DNA of 63,789 nucleotides, filler included, from Choristocarpus tenellus KU-1152 (GCA_964200185.2; 12 parts of 12 records of this genome joined end to end with filler, not necessarily neighbours in it), one strand, 5' to 3'; shown: positions 25,205 through 38,700, numbered from the whole stretch's first letter. Made by a program: numbers and translations. The notes: generated by a model from the sequence alone, not told the origin.

Positions 25205-25965
25205 CCACACCTCCCCCAAAGGTCCACACTCTGGCAGCCTATGACGCCAGGATCACAAGGAAGGCGCAACACGTGAATACCCATCTCCTAAAACAGAATC
25301 CAGTTTGTCTCTTTCTGGATGCAATTGGCCGCCTTACCTGATGAAGTGGAACAAGGGAGGGAAAGTCCCTTGCTAGCCCTGGCACGTCACCGGAGTCAGT
25401 GCGGACAAGTGGCAAATGTATGGGCCTCGACACAACCCCTGGAGCCAGCATGCCAGATCCCCACAATAGAGCTTCGGCTCACTGCCAGCAGATCCCTAGG
25501 GAGAGAGGAGGCCCTATCGAACTGGTGCCCGTTCACTGGATGCAGGAGTCAAAATGTAGATATCAAGCATTCACATACCTACCCTGGGGCAGGAGGAAAT
25601 GTTCGCCAACACACGCCGATGGTGAAACGTCTAAGTCAACTCTGCAAAGGAATGGACATCCCTTGCACTATAGAGGATGGTAGCCCATTTACAGTGGATC
25701 ACAATTTCCGCGTGGGTCTGGTCTTCCATGCTGGGGCACTTTCGGACACTGGATCAGCTTCCTAACGGTTCAAAGGCCTCCTTCTAGATCTTAGGTTTGC
25801 AGAAGTGCAGGCAGTATCTCACCTCCCACACTCATCCTCCAGGAATGGTGTAGCTGCTGCTGTAGGTGAGGCGCGAAATCGAACCCGCTACGAGGGATCT
25901 TTTGATCAGTGTCGTTGTAACCTCAACACCTTCGGGGTGGAAAGCCGTTGGCTTTCAAATATCAT
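25205..25965 (+). mobile_element. CRE/R2-like non-LTR retrotransposon 3' region (CCHC plus restriction-like endonuclease), degenerate
   Basis: 'CPFTGC...KHSHTY.GAGG..RQH...' followed by an RxD...LLD...E..(K)..RY...TFGVE RLE pattern. Homologous to 48410-48961. Confidence 0.8.
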
Positions 25966-27119
25966 ATTTGAAATTATTGGGGAAAAGGAATTACATTGGT
26001 TGGTCATCACAAAGGGGGGGGAGAGGACGGAAAATCAGTGGCAAAGAGGTCGCACTGGTTGGTCACAAGGGGTGATAGAATGTGGGGAGGAAAGGGAATA
26101 GGGGGGAATGCAAACATGGAATAAAATAATAATGATCCAGAATTCGTGAGCAAAAAAAATAGGTATTTCAAATATGAGAGTGAAAAGGGTAAACTTAAGA
26201 CCTCCAAGACCCTTCCATTGATTGTGCTGCCGTTCTTTAATCGTTGCACGAAAGAATGTTAGATACACTTTTCTTTAACCTGTTTGACATTTTGGTATGT
26301 ATAGTTGTTTGCCAAATGTTTGGGGAAACGTGTGGGGGTTGAGGGTTGAGGGTTGTGGGTTCGGGGACAGGGAGGGGGTAACTGGCAATGCATGGGAAAT
26401 TCACATAGGACTCGTGCGGAGCTACTATTCAAATCATTCCGCATGCTGACAATGATGAATGACTGAGGGTGGAAACCTTGCCACATTATTTTCTTCACGT
26501 TTGGAAACTTTCCAATATGCATCACCTTTCGGAGTAGTCGCTCATCAACAGTTGCCTATCCCCATCCTATCCAATATTGAGATGGGCAAGGAAGGGTTTA
26601 TTGGATTCGTGGGATGCTTCCCTAGCTCCTCACCCTGGGGTGCAGGAATAGGTTTGGGACACAGGAACACAGTAGTACAACATAGATAAGTGGTAGGAAG
26701 ATAGGAAACAGGAAAAAGTGTGTCAGGAGAAAAACCGATGAAATCGATGAAATCATCAATTAATTCCAGCTACAACTTTAGGGTGTGTTCTTTCTACTCC
26801 AAAACATACGTCATCTATCTGAAAGTCTCTCACATCACACCAAAAAATTGAATAGTGAAAAAAAAAAACATGGAAATTAAGAGTAACTTGAAAATTTTTG
26901 AGATCTGGCAAGGGGTCTCACCATGGGTATTTTGTCAACTCCCACTATTATACTATTTACTACTTAGACCCTCAACCCCATAAAGCGTACCTCCCTCACT
27001 AATACGATTTTCGAACAGTTTGATTATTATTGACTACATCTACAAGTGGTAGTAAGCAACAGATCAACCTTTTTCAACATGTATGTGACCATGTGCGGAA
27101 TCTACATCGAAGTAATTCG

Positions 27120-28270
27120 CGATGCCGCGCGCCGTGAGTGCGGAGAAGCTTCCACACCATTTTTCTCCAATCATGTTTGAGTCAATGTTCTCTCATCGTT
27201 CACCGACCACACTAGGTGGTGCATACTTAAAGCAAGGGTTCAGCATCTGCTGTGGATGTCACACGTACCGGATGTCTGGAGCTACGCGTAGTACGCACAT
27301 GCGACTTTGTCCTTTTCTGTAATGCGTTCATCAGATCAGCACATCCAGAAAGGTCTGGTCCAGTCCGTACAAGGAATTGGTATGATGAAAAGAATGATAG
27401 AAGACGCATCATCTTATTCGTTGTGCAAGTGCGGGGACGAATATGGGTCAAGTGAAGGCCTCACTTCGATTCATATTGAACAGCATGCTAATGTGGGTTA
27501 CAACATACGACCATCGGGGAAGGTCAAAACGAGACTGGTAGTTGCAATCGGCGTATTCAAGGTTGTGTTAGCCGTGTCATCTATTCTTCATCCAGAAATT
27601 CTCCTATACATCCGCAACCTCTCACAGGCTATCGGTCCTTCGCTCCCCAGAACAGAGGGATGGTCAAGATGGAGAGAGATTTATGACCCAAGGTGGATAT
27701 TCGGTCATTCCTCTTCCACCCACTGAAGTACTTTTCGTCATCCATGTGGAACCGAGAGACACACCCTGGTCATTGGTCATTGATCATAAGCTGCGGAAAG
27801 GTAGCACTGCATGCACTGCAGTACAAAGCTCAACCTTACGTGCAGGTGCGGAGCCTTGGTAAGACTGCAGAAGGATGGCAACACAACCCTCCATATTTTT
27901 TGTCGCATCAAGATCCATTGTTGCTAATGCTCGCAAGGTGTTTGAGGATCTGACGAAGCTCACGGCCGAGCTTGGTGTGACTGATGTGGCCATTTAGGCG
28001 ACGGCTAGCAATAGGGTCTTCTCTGCCCATAACACTGTCTGCAGACTCACTGGGCAGCCTGAACCCTGAGGGAAGCAGGATTGTCACCTTAACCTTGACT
28101 TGTGATGTGCACAACAACGTGGAAGGCCATTTGCCTGGGAATATTTCCCCCCTCAACCCAGCGCTGAATTCGCACTATGATGTATGTGCTTTTGTACTGA
28201 AGGAGGTACGGCAAGTGCGCGCACATCTTGGTGACATGTTGGCACTGCAGCCAGCCCGCAATTGACATTT
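27120..28270 (+). pseudogene. Decayed ORF with possible Ulp1/C48 cysteine protease motifs (TE-associated?)
   Basis: 'HPGHWSLII' and a downstream 'NSHYDVCAFVL' resemble the C48 HW and QxNxxDCG motifs. Several stops and frameshifts. Confidence 0.35.
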
Positions 28271-31015
28271 CCTGGTTACCATGAAGGGAGCGGCAAATCA
28301 GAGCCTACCAAACCATAGCACCTTGCATTGCACTCCTTCTTTGAGTGACACCCCCGACTTCCACCACCACCATGCTGAAGAGTGATCTATACCAACAGGT
28401 GGTCAAGGCCAAACGACACGGGAACACACTTTGGGCAGCACATACTTTGACAAGAATCGAAGATCAGGTTGCGTTTGGAGTGCTTGTTCTGGTGGTCACT
28501 TATAACGAGATCTGGTGATTTTTAATGATAGAATAGAATGGTGGGTTAAAAGGTACGCTCTTTTTTATCGCACCTGGCTTGTCATATTTACAATGGTGCA
28601 ATAAAACTATGGTTCTTTCCGAATCTAAACCATGAAAAAATCTTTCTCTCCCCACTGCAGGGTGACAGGGGCATCAGGCACCTGAAACACTGTGGATTCT
28701 TTGGTCTTGTGGATTTGTTCCAGAGTGGTGCAAAAAGGGGCAGGAAGAAGTTACTGGAGAAAGTAGTGTCTTCTTGTCCACATACTCCAAGGAAGGGACC
28801 TCAACAGCAAAGAGGTTGGCATCGGAATGAAGAGAGGTAGGCAGTTAAGAGTCACATCAACCTGCACCCATGTACACCTGGATGGTTTATGGTGGGCCCA
28901 CTTGTGCTGAGGTGAGAGCAATCCTTCCACAATACGCATGAGTTGTCTCAGGAAGAGAAAGCACTGGTAATGGGACAGGGGTGTGATGCTCGGACCAGTA
29001 TGCAACAGGAAGGTATCTCGCTTGTGGGCAGGTGGAAGAGATCAACAACTGCAGGTGACACAACCAGTGTTGGTATAGTGCTGTAGGAGTTGTACAGAAG
29101 ATATATGCAATAATGTGAACAGTGCACTGAGAAGTCAACTCTAACCTCCTACAATGTTGGAGGGCAACAGCATGTAGCACCCAGGGCTGGAAATTTTGTT
29201 TGTTGCCTGACAAAGGTTTTGTTAGAGGATAATGGATGTTTGGTACTGTTCTTAAAGTGAAGTGTTGGATGCACTGCCATTCCATTACTTCTAATTTTGT
29301 GAACCGAAAGAATTTATGAGTACAAAATAAACCAGCTCAGAAACCCTTGATGTACTCAAGGGCTTCTGGGGATTCAAGTTACAGAATATGCACCCTCCCA
29401 TCCCAGGAAGTAGCCAACAGGGCAAAAGATTTCATGAAAATTTCAGAAAAAAATATTTTCTCAATGAATATTGATGATACATATCTGCTTTGTTGTGCTT
29501 GTCCATGGTCATCTACAGTACACATGGAACCCAAGCGAAGACAAATAATACTATACTTGTATTATCTGTGCACTTTTACCAATGTATGTTACGCTTCTTC
29601 CATTCAAAATGTAGTCACCAGTCCTGGTGACCCTCTTACGACACCATCCAGCCTTTCCCACCCAAATAGGCAAGAACAAGAAAAATTATGTTCTCAAGTT
29701 ATTTTCCTGCTGCTGTTTGAACCTGGCATTCCTTGCCGACTTTGTCTGAATCCAGTTGCTCATGGTGGGTCAGACCCAAATCAAGATCATTCAGGTCTTC
29801 TTGCGTAACAATGTTATAAGATTAAACAAACTATATTGTTGCCCACAATTCATGGTGGACAATATCAACAAAGGCATCACATTCTTTTTCTAATAGTAAA
29901 AACAATTGTTTGTTAAGTGCTGGTGTGACCGCCTACAAACAGTTTGTGCATCAGATTTTGACACATACTTCACCATCACCCAATCACAAACAAGTTCAAC
30001 ATACTGAGTCATATATTCTATGTGGAATTTACCATGGTTATGATTACCCTATCCACATGTCAAGGTCGCAGTGTGTTTCCTCTCTTCTTGTCGCCACCAT
30101 ATATACCTTCATTAGTAAGGCTGAATGTCATCCCTTGAAACACTTTTCGTTTTCGACATCACTCTGTCCTCTGTTTAGGTTCTGTTTCCTCCTATGGTAC
30201 ATTGTGGATTCGTTTTTGGAGAGGGGTGCAGTTTCTTGGGACAGACAGGTTAATGCTTCCTAGTGGAAAGGCAGGAAGGGAAGTATATGCTTTATAATAT
30301 TATACTATATTCTTTTTTCAATATGGAGTGGTTAGATTTAGATTTGATTTCAAACAGCCTTAATTTCTTCACATATTTGTGCACTAATGTCAATACAGAA
30401 AAATAAATAACTCTTTTCTTCCTCTTCATCGCTTCAATGTCATTTTTTTTTTCTTTGTGGTTTACTCAAAAGAACACGAGATGATTGTGGTCCCTGCAGC
30501 TAATGGGCCCTGGTGCATGTGTACCATGTGTGCACATGTATGTATGCCAGAGCATACATGTATTTCATGACCCGTTGCATATAGCATCATTCTACCAGTA
30601 TTCTATTTGCAAGTTCTTCCATACTTCAGTCAGGAAATTGTTTTTTCAACTTTGGGTAGTAAGAATAAAAAAAGTGATAGGAGGAATCTCATGCTACTTG
30701 CCTCTTTAGTGGACGTTTGTATATAGGACGTTTCACAATAAAAGGTCGAAAATTCATTACCTTCCATTAAATTAAAAAACATCAGCAAGAAAATATTGGA
30801 CCAAAACCAGTCGTTGTTCTCAAGCAGCACCAATTGTAATAGTTACACCAAAACGACCAATGTTGCACATGACGAGTTTCCCTACACACCAGAGAATACC
30901 CTAATATAACCTTCAGTGTAACGTTTTAGCAAGTTATAGTTACTCAAGAATTTTCACTTGACAGAATTTGATGTCTTCTTTGCTAGACCAAACACACTCC
31001 ACCATTCAAGTCCCT

Positions 31016-31224
31016 AACCACAATAATAATAATAAAAATGTGAGGGGGAGGGGGCAGGAACAAAAAGCTACATGACCCCAAATATAAGAACCTAAGTGTC
31101 ACATGTAGCAGCCAGTCCAGGAAGTACCGTGCTGACAATCTGCACCACACATTTTTTACAACTAATAGTTCCTGGAGGATGGTGAGTCCATGAACGTTCT
31201 GTGCTCCACCCCCCCCCCCCAAAC
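31016..31224 (-). repeat. Inverted copy of the 24897-25111 repeat
   Basis: Reverse-complement match. Confidence 0.92.
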
Positions 31225-31327
31225 CAANNNNNNNNNNNNNNNNNNNNNNNNNNNNNNNNNNNNNNNNNNNNTTAATTAATTAANNNNNNNNNNNNNNNNN
31301 NNNNNNNNNNNNNNNNNNNNNNNNNNN

Positions 31328-31480
31328 TGCTATATCGTAAAACTTACGTCTGGTATGCGCCCAACATGCTGCCTCCTCCACAGTGGCTTCTGGATTATCT
31401 TCACTAATGTATAATTTGTTGTATCCAGAATAACTGTCTGCGTGCAAAATGCCGTTAAAGTTTTTTAAGTGTTCTTGTTT
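31328..31480 (-). pseudogene. tnpC: IS66 TnpC DDE transposase internal fragment
   Basis: QEHLKNFNGILHADSYSGYNKLY...EEAACWAHTRRKFYDIA matches the IS66 signature (L..F.G.L..D.Y.GY......CWAH.RRKF). Confidence 0.92.
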
Positions 31481-31617
31481 TTTCTCCATCTACTTATTGT
31501 AGTGCGAGCCAATTTATACTTTCTTGCTAATGAGACCAAATCACATCCTGGCTCCAATGATGCCATTGTTATACGCTCCTTTAACTCGCGTGGTACGTCT
31601 GTGCGTCTTTTCTTCAT
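31465..31617 (-). pseudogene. tnpA: IS66 TnpA-like HTH protein, truncated (50 aa; below the ORF-track cutoff)
   Basis: MKKRRTDVPRELKERITMASLEPGCDLVSLARKYKLARTTISRWRKNKNT* has the HTH_Tnp_1 pattern (K.RI..ESL.PG....ARKY......RWR). GAGGAGG precedes the ATG. Confidence 0.78.
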
Positions 31618-33187
31618 ACTATTATTTTTCCTCCTCACTCACAAAAAGCGGTCTTTTTCAGAGTTTTACAAAGGCAAAACGAAACCCTTTTACCTCCCCC
31701 AACCCCCCACTTCTTTCTCCCCTCGCTCTCCCTGAACATGAACACTTGACGTAAAAATTGCACGGAATAATAATCGCGTGAAGTAAGACAAGATCTGGGG
31801 CTAGGGAACATGGTACGAAAAGCAACATTTAAAACAGACAGCGCGTAAATAAAATAAGCGACTTGTCATATTCAACCAATGGGATGCATGCATTCGCCCC
31901 ACAACTAAAACTTCAATCTCATCAGTCATCAACCAGGGATGGTGACTGTCAAAAGAGCTATAGGCAAGTGATCGAAGCGGACCGCATATCCTGCCTTATA
32001 CCATGAAGCGTTAATTATATGAGCGATAAAACTATTGTCACACCTACCTCAAATCAAAATAAGCAACCAAAACTGCAAAATCTTGACCCCACAGGCCAAA
32101 TCCGCAATTTCATTATCCTGTCTGCCCCCTGCCCGCCCCACTATGTGTCCTGTGGTATATATATATTCGTTTATCGCGAATCATAAATAAACATAACAGA
32201 GGCCCAAATTCTGGGTTGCAAGATCCACAAAATGGGATAGCTAAGATGAGGGTCAAAACAAGGTGTGCTTCAAAGTACTGAGTCTCTAACAAACCTGTTG
32301 GTGCACCTCAACAACATAGGCAGCCCAAACCCTGAGGCAGCTTCTACCAATAATAACATTTTCTCGCCCCACCACCAACAGACCCAACAGACCCACAATG
32401 ATATACTTCCGAAACAAAAAATAAATATTTTGTGCACCATCCTCAGGTCGGCACCTTTCCAACCCCACTGCAAGAAGGCGTGTTCACAACATCTTTCCTT
32501 TCCCCATTCAACTTTAAGGGATTGGACAGAAGAGTGGCAAAGGACTCTCACATTTCATTCCACCTCCAGTGAAGACAAGATGCGAGGACATCCCCCTGGG
32601 GCCCTGGTGCTACCCCTCCCCCCAGCCCCAACCAAGAGTTCCCACAACTACCACCACTACCCATAGGGTCTTGCCATCACCTTCCCCCACCCCTTATTCC
32701 TTATTCAGTGGGGGTGTCAATGTGACTTCTACTAGGGGGAGGAAGAGCAGATGGCAAATGGTTTGACCCATCAGTACTGAGACTGTCCTTATCAGTGCCA
32801 TTGCCTGCAAGGTTATCGCTATTGTCGTCCTGAGGGGGTAGGGGTTGGGAGGGAGTTCCACCTGTCTTCTGGTCAGGCGTGACTGCCTGGATGTCGAAGA
32901 CCTCCTGGACCGCATTACCAGAGTCGTTCCTTCTGCAAACAAAAGTGCAATTGAACAAATTGCAGAGGGAGGGAGTCAACAAGACAACAAACAGTGACCA
33001 GCTGAGGTTGTTGCTTCAAATTTGTTTGAACGTCACCTAGGACAGATGTACAGATACAGGGAAGGATTGAAATGCGTTGGTGCCCCAAGAGGCCCCTAAA
33101 CAACTTTACGCACTTGTATGCAAGCAGCTTGGCGTGTGTACAAGACAGCACTGTTGTCAGGGTGCCAAAAAAGGGCACACAGAAAAA

Positions 33188-33244
33188 ACACACACACACA
33201 CACACACACACACATGCACGCGCGCGCGCGCGCACACACACACA
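33188..33244. repeat. (CA)n-(CG)n-(CA)n microsatellite
   Basis: Visible alternating purine-pyrimidine run. Confidence 0.95.
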
Positions 33245-33717
33245 ATTACTGGTACACACATCGAATGAACTCTTTGTTAATCCCATGTGACTGACCAAGG
33301 GTTCACCTAGCATCCGTAACAGTAATCAATCGCCTCTTCTATACACAGAGAAAAAAAAAACACTATCTTGTACTACTGTCTGTGACAATCTTTTGTGAGC
33401 GTACATGCGTCTGAATGCGGTAAACCCAACACAGAACTGCCCCCGAAGGTGCATTTAGTCGAGCTGAAAGTCACGAAAGGGGAGGAAGCGATATCCTAGT
33501 ACCAGCACCAGCAATTCCCCCTCCCCCTGAACCTCTCCTCCCCGCTGCATGGCCTCATGGCCATGTTGAGAACAAGAACATACTACGATATTGAGGGCGG
33601 AGGGGATAAAGGTCCAGAAACAAAAGTTTTAAAAATCCCATTAAAAAAAACCCAACTCAACCGGCTCTCACTAGAATGTGAAGTACGGTACGGCACAGCC
33701 TGTCCTCCACAAGGCAA

Positions 33718-33836
33718 TATTATTATCATTATTATTATTATCATTATTATTATTATCATTATTATTATTATCATTATTATTATTATTATTATTATCATTA
33801 TTATTATTATCATTATTATTATTATTATTATTATTA
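33718..33836. repeat. (ATT/ATC)n trinucleotide microsatellite
   Basis: About 39 units. Explains the poly-Ile ORFs. Confidence 0.97.
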
Positions 33837-34259
33837 CAGATACTAACGACATAGGAACGATTTCTCCTTCAAAGTTTAAAAAAATCCTACACTACAAAAA
33901 AAAGTGAAAAATCCTAATCTCATTCCCTATCACTAATTGTGTGGTACGATCAGGTACACTATTGCTGCTAAAAACAAACAAAAAAACATCGGAATCAAAT
34001 CACTCCATATACTTCACTCACTCTTCCACATCACACCAGGAGTGTACAAGCACACTATCGCCACACTACCGAACTCTCAACACCACAACGTTTGTTTTTT
34101 TAATATATACTATTATATTATCTCACCCGTCTGCCACCTGGCCCGTTCCAGGACTGGTCTTCATATCACTTCCAGGGGCGCTACCGGAAACGCTCTTGGG
34201 CTGCCATATGCAACCAGAGCAAAAAAAACAAAAACAAAACACACACACACACAAGTAGT

Positions 34260-34520
34260 TAGCCTGCATTCCCAACACATTACAGTTTGCTTTCCGAATG
34301 CATTACAGCTTGCATTCCAAATTCATTGCAGTTTTACATTCCAAATTAATCACAGCCTGCATACCCAACTCATTACAGTTTACATTCCAAATCCAATACA
34401 GTTTTACATTCCAATTTCATCACAGCTTAACATTCCAAACTCATTACAGCTTTACATTCCAAATTCACCACAGCTTGCATTCCAAATTCATTACCGCTTT
34501 ACATTCCAAACTTTCACAGC
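34260..34520. repeat. Minisatellite, 23-24-bp unit ACAGYTT(T)RCATTCCAAATTCATT, ~11 copies
   Basis: Diverged tandem units with no spacers. Confidence 0.9.
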
Positions 34521-35142
34521 AAGGAGGTGCCAACACAGCAAGAGAGGGCAGGGTGTGGGGGTGTGAAAGGTCGCAGAGGAGGCGATCACATAAGAAGAGC
34601 CACCAAAAAGGCGTGAACTATGCCTGGACAAAAAAACAGGTCATAAAAAAAAAGAGTGAGCAAAGTAGTGTAGTGTGTGCCATACATAGCGCAATCACCG
34701 CCGCTCTTTATATTTTTTGTCTTTTTTATTTCAGTTTTTTTTCTTTAAAACGCAGAATAATTATTGTCCTCCAATTGTAAGAGATCGTACACACGCTCTC
34801 AACGAAAACAGCTCTCTCTCTCTCTCTCTCAAAAGAAAAAAATGTATATATAATAATAATAATAATAATAAAATTGAGTGCGGTAGGATTTCGGAACAGT
34901 AAAACAGAGTACTCGTGAGGAAAAATAAAATTAACTTGAGGTGTTCGATGCAAACATTCTTTACATACGCAACAAAATAGTAATAATAACAATAATAAAA
35001 AAATTAAAAAAGTAGAAGAGCAACAAAAATATTAATAACAATAGTAAAAAAAAAAAAATAGCAACAACAATAGAACAGTAACAATGATAAATAACAGTGA
35101 CAGTAATAATAAAATAAAACAATAACACCCAATAGCAACAAC

Positions 35143-35174
<32 letters not shown>

Positions 35175-35739
35175 CAGTTTTAAAAACTCCTGGACTTCAC
35201 ACAAACACACCATCAAAAGTCATTTTGCAGTAATGACATGACAAGGCGGGGGGGGGGGGTTGAAACTATCTTGTGTTTNNNNNNNNNNNNNNNNNNNNNN
35301 NNNNNNNNNNNNNNNNNNNNNNTTAATTAATTAANNNNNNNNNNNNNNNNNNNNNNNNNNNNNNNNNNNNNNNNNNNNTGGGACGAAATTGAGACAAAAA
35401 GATCAACAAGATAATTAGATAGAGAAAGGGGGGGGGGGGGGGGGGGGGGGGGTGGGGGGATATCGCAAGACAAACACAACCTGTAGCATTGGCTCAATAA
35501 AAGGCACAGGTGTCTATGTTGCTTGCTTTGTATGTCCTCTGCCCCCTTCCAAGCTCGGAATAACACATCAGGCGAATTGCAAAATTGTTTGAGAAAAGTC
35601 ACCAGCGTTGGTGGCAAGTGCAAGTCATACACAACACCACCACCCAAAGTGCTGTCAGCACACCCTGATGACAAAATCTACAATACATTTGAAGACTGAA
35701 TCCCAACTAAATCACCCAACCCAATTTCCCCAAACGTAC

Positions 35740-38700
35740 CTCCTTCTCTGAATCGCTCAATGAGCCCCACATAGCCCCCATCTTCTTTCCGACTTCTGGG
35801 AAAGGAATGTCTATTGCCTCAGTCATACAGTCAAATAGCGATACGCACATACACAGGCAGATCATATACAAGAGTCAGCTATGAGTATTAGGGACTAGTG
35901 AACATTCAACACACCATACCAAAATGACACAATCCTTGGAATGACTTGTAGAAGTAGTAAAGGCAGGTCCATCTCACACAGTGCACGCAAGACCCGAGAT
36001 AAATGGAGTTGTCTCCCCCATTGTTCATTTGGAACCCCATCCATTAGTGACACTGCAGGAAAGACCACCTCAACGCAAAACCTTTGGATCGATACAGGAC
36101 AAAGCACTGCCTTACTTTTCTGACACCAACCTAACACCAGCACCTCAATATGTCCTACTATCTGCTAGGGGTCTTGGGAGAGGGAAACGTGACCTTGTTC
36201 TGTTCATCTTTTTTGGGAAGCATGCAAACACGTCCACATTACTGACAGGGGAGATGGAAAATGCTTGGTAAGGAAAGAACCTAAGTAGCGATTAAATACC
36301 GAAACCTCAAAAAAAAGGAATTTAGAGCTTATGTACAACACCCCATTATCTAACACAAGTTGTTTCAAGATTGAGGAACAAGGAACTTGAATTGAAACGC
36401 ATCCCCCTCACTCAATGGGACACAATAGAGTGTTTTATACGTTCTAAATTGTCAAAACATCACCATTTGCCTCATTTCCCTACCCTACAAACAACCCTAG
36501 AAAGACTCATGCACAAAAAATACTCCCACAAAAATATGGTTGAGCACACCTGGCTCATCTGAAATGATCTTGGGGCGGGTGATCTTGCAGAACATCATAT
36601 AAGCTGAAAGGGGCTTCTTGGGCTTATCTGCCTTCTTTTCTTTTTTGGTCTTTGTTGCACCCTTAGCCTTCTTGCCTTCACCTTCCTTGGACGCTGCTGC
36701 CTTACGCTGGTCAAACAGAAAATGTGGGAAATTGTCGTATGGAAGTGACAATTTGGAAAGCGTTCAAATCACAAGAAGCTCAACTGTTTGAACAATAACG
36801 CGTAACAAACAACTGTAAGTGGATCAACAGTATTGGAAAAAAAAAACACACACACACACACACACACACAACATATCCATATTTCAGGTAGGCGTACTAG
36901 TGGATCAGTCTGGGGAAAAAATGCACAACATCATGTTATGCTGAAAACACACCACCAAAAAATATATATTTTCATTAAGACCTTGATATCTAAAAATGAA
37001 CAATGTACAGTATATAATTACTATATACCCCAATACTATGATAAACCCTAGAGTATAACAAGGATAAAACTATTTCGTGCATTATCTATCAATAGATAGC
37101 ATTCAATTTTCAATGCTATAGAGTGGGAGCCCCAGTAATATAGATTGTAAGTTTGTACATAGAAATGCAATATATAGATTGTAAACCTCAGTGGCCCCAG
37201 ACAATATATTACTATCTTGACAGGGTTGGTCAAGGTAAGGTATCTCTTGAAGGGGCCAAGCTAAGCCTTCGGGTGATGCTATGGGACCAGGCTGTGGGCC
37301 GGCCTGGTTATCTGGTGTGAGGCCCTGAAAAGAACTGGTGGGGTGCAAGTGGAAAAGGCTGACTCGTTCTGCAAGTATCAACTCTTGTCCAAGGTGAGCG
37401 ACAGGGGGGGGGGTGGGGGGGCAAAGCTATACTGGGGCAGTCATGAACTGTAGATCATACTTATAAATCAACTAGTAGAGAAATAGGTCTAAGATAGCAA
37501 TTAAATATATTCCATACTGCAGCAATGCACTCCCTTTGGGTATTTCAAAGGGGGAGGAACAGGGGGCCTCGGATTTGAACAAATTTCCTTGTACGCTTTT
37601 GCAATCACAGTAGTCAAGGGAGAAGTCTTACTTACCTTTACACCAGATGCAGGGGGCTTTGTGCTTGACTCATCAGGACTTAGCAGAAAGTCAACCACCC
37701 GTTCAACAAGTACACTCTGAAAGTAAATTATTGCACCACAGTGGCAAGCAGTTAAGTAAATTAGTGGATTCTCAGCCATCCAAAAAAAGGGTTGAAAGAG
37801 GAGCAGGGAGGATTGAAACAAAGTCAGCAATTCTGTCACTTCTGTACCCAAACAAAGTACATTGCATAGTTATTTCTGAACAATTTTGGTGACCCTCACC
37901 TTCTCCCCCCCTTTCTCCAAGCAGAGGAGTTGACAAAGGTCCCTAAGGGCAGCAGTTGTCCACTTCTTGTTTTCTGAAAGTTTTTTCATTTTAGTCTCCT
38001 TGATGTCATCGCCTTCATCAGGAAAACCAGAGAAGCTGAAAAAGAACATCAGGGGGAGGGTAGAAGGGGGGGGAAAGGTAGCCATGAGATCACATTGCTG
38101 ATGGACAATCCCTTTATTCTGGATGATAAATAAGACCAACTATGTCAGTCATGCACATAGCCAGCAGTTATCAAATATTACTCAACGTAACGTAACAATG
38201 AGGTCACATTCGGTGTCTCAAACCCCTGAAGCAACGACGGATCAAGTGAGAAATCTAGCATGGGTAAGGCAGGGTCTAAACAGGGTTTTGATTTTTTGTG
38301 AGACATGGAGATTAGAAACAATATCTTGATAAATCAGAAGGAAAAGTAAGATTACGTAGAATCAACATTTCTTTCCCACGTTCAAAGTCTATAGTAACGT
38401 ACAACACATACTGCATGGTGAGATGAATCAATACAATGAGAGTAAAAACTTCCAACTTCCTCATTCAACTTTGAATTGGGTTTGCGGATCATGAAGAACC
38501 CTGTGACACACACATACCCTGAAAAAAATAAAATATTAAATATGCTTACTTTGGGTTCTTTTCACTGTCCTTCTGTCCCTTGATGCTGGTCATCAAGTGA
38601 ACACGATGATGTGCACTCTCATTCCATACATGTATTGATCAACCTCAGTGGTGCTGTCTCACTCAAAAAGGTCATCAAATAGTGTTGAAGGATCTTTTTT

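Larger units (their letters stand above)
31328..31669 (-). mobile_element. Bacterial IS66-family element, left end, internally deleted and cut by the contig edge
   Basis: Minus strand starts GTAAAACTCTGAAAAAGACCGCTTTT (IS66 IRs begin GTAA), then SD GAGGAGG, a tnpA-like ORF and a tnpC-like fragment. Confidence 0.85.

Noticed and set aside
33557-33907. Poly-isoleucine membrane protein ORF
   Set aside because: Translation of an (ATT)n microsatellite.
34260-34520. CRISPR-like array or repeat protein
   Set aside because: Contiguous degenerate minisatellite with no spacers; the ORFs are by-products.
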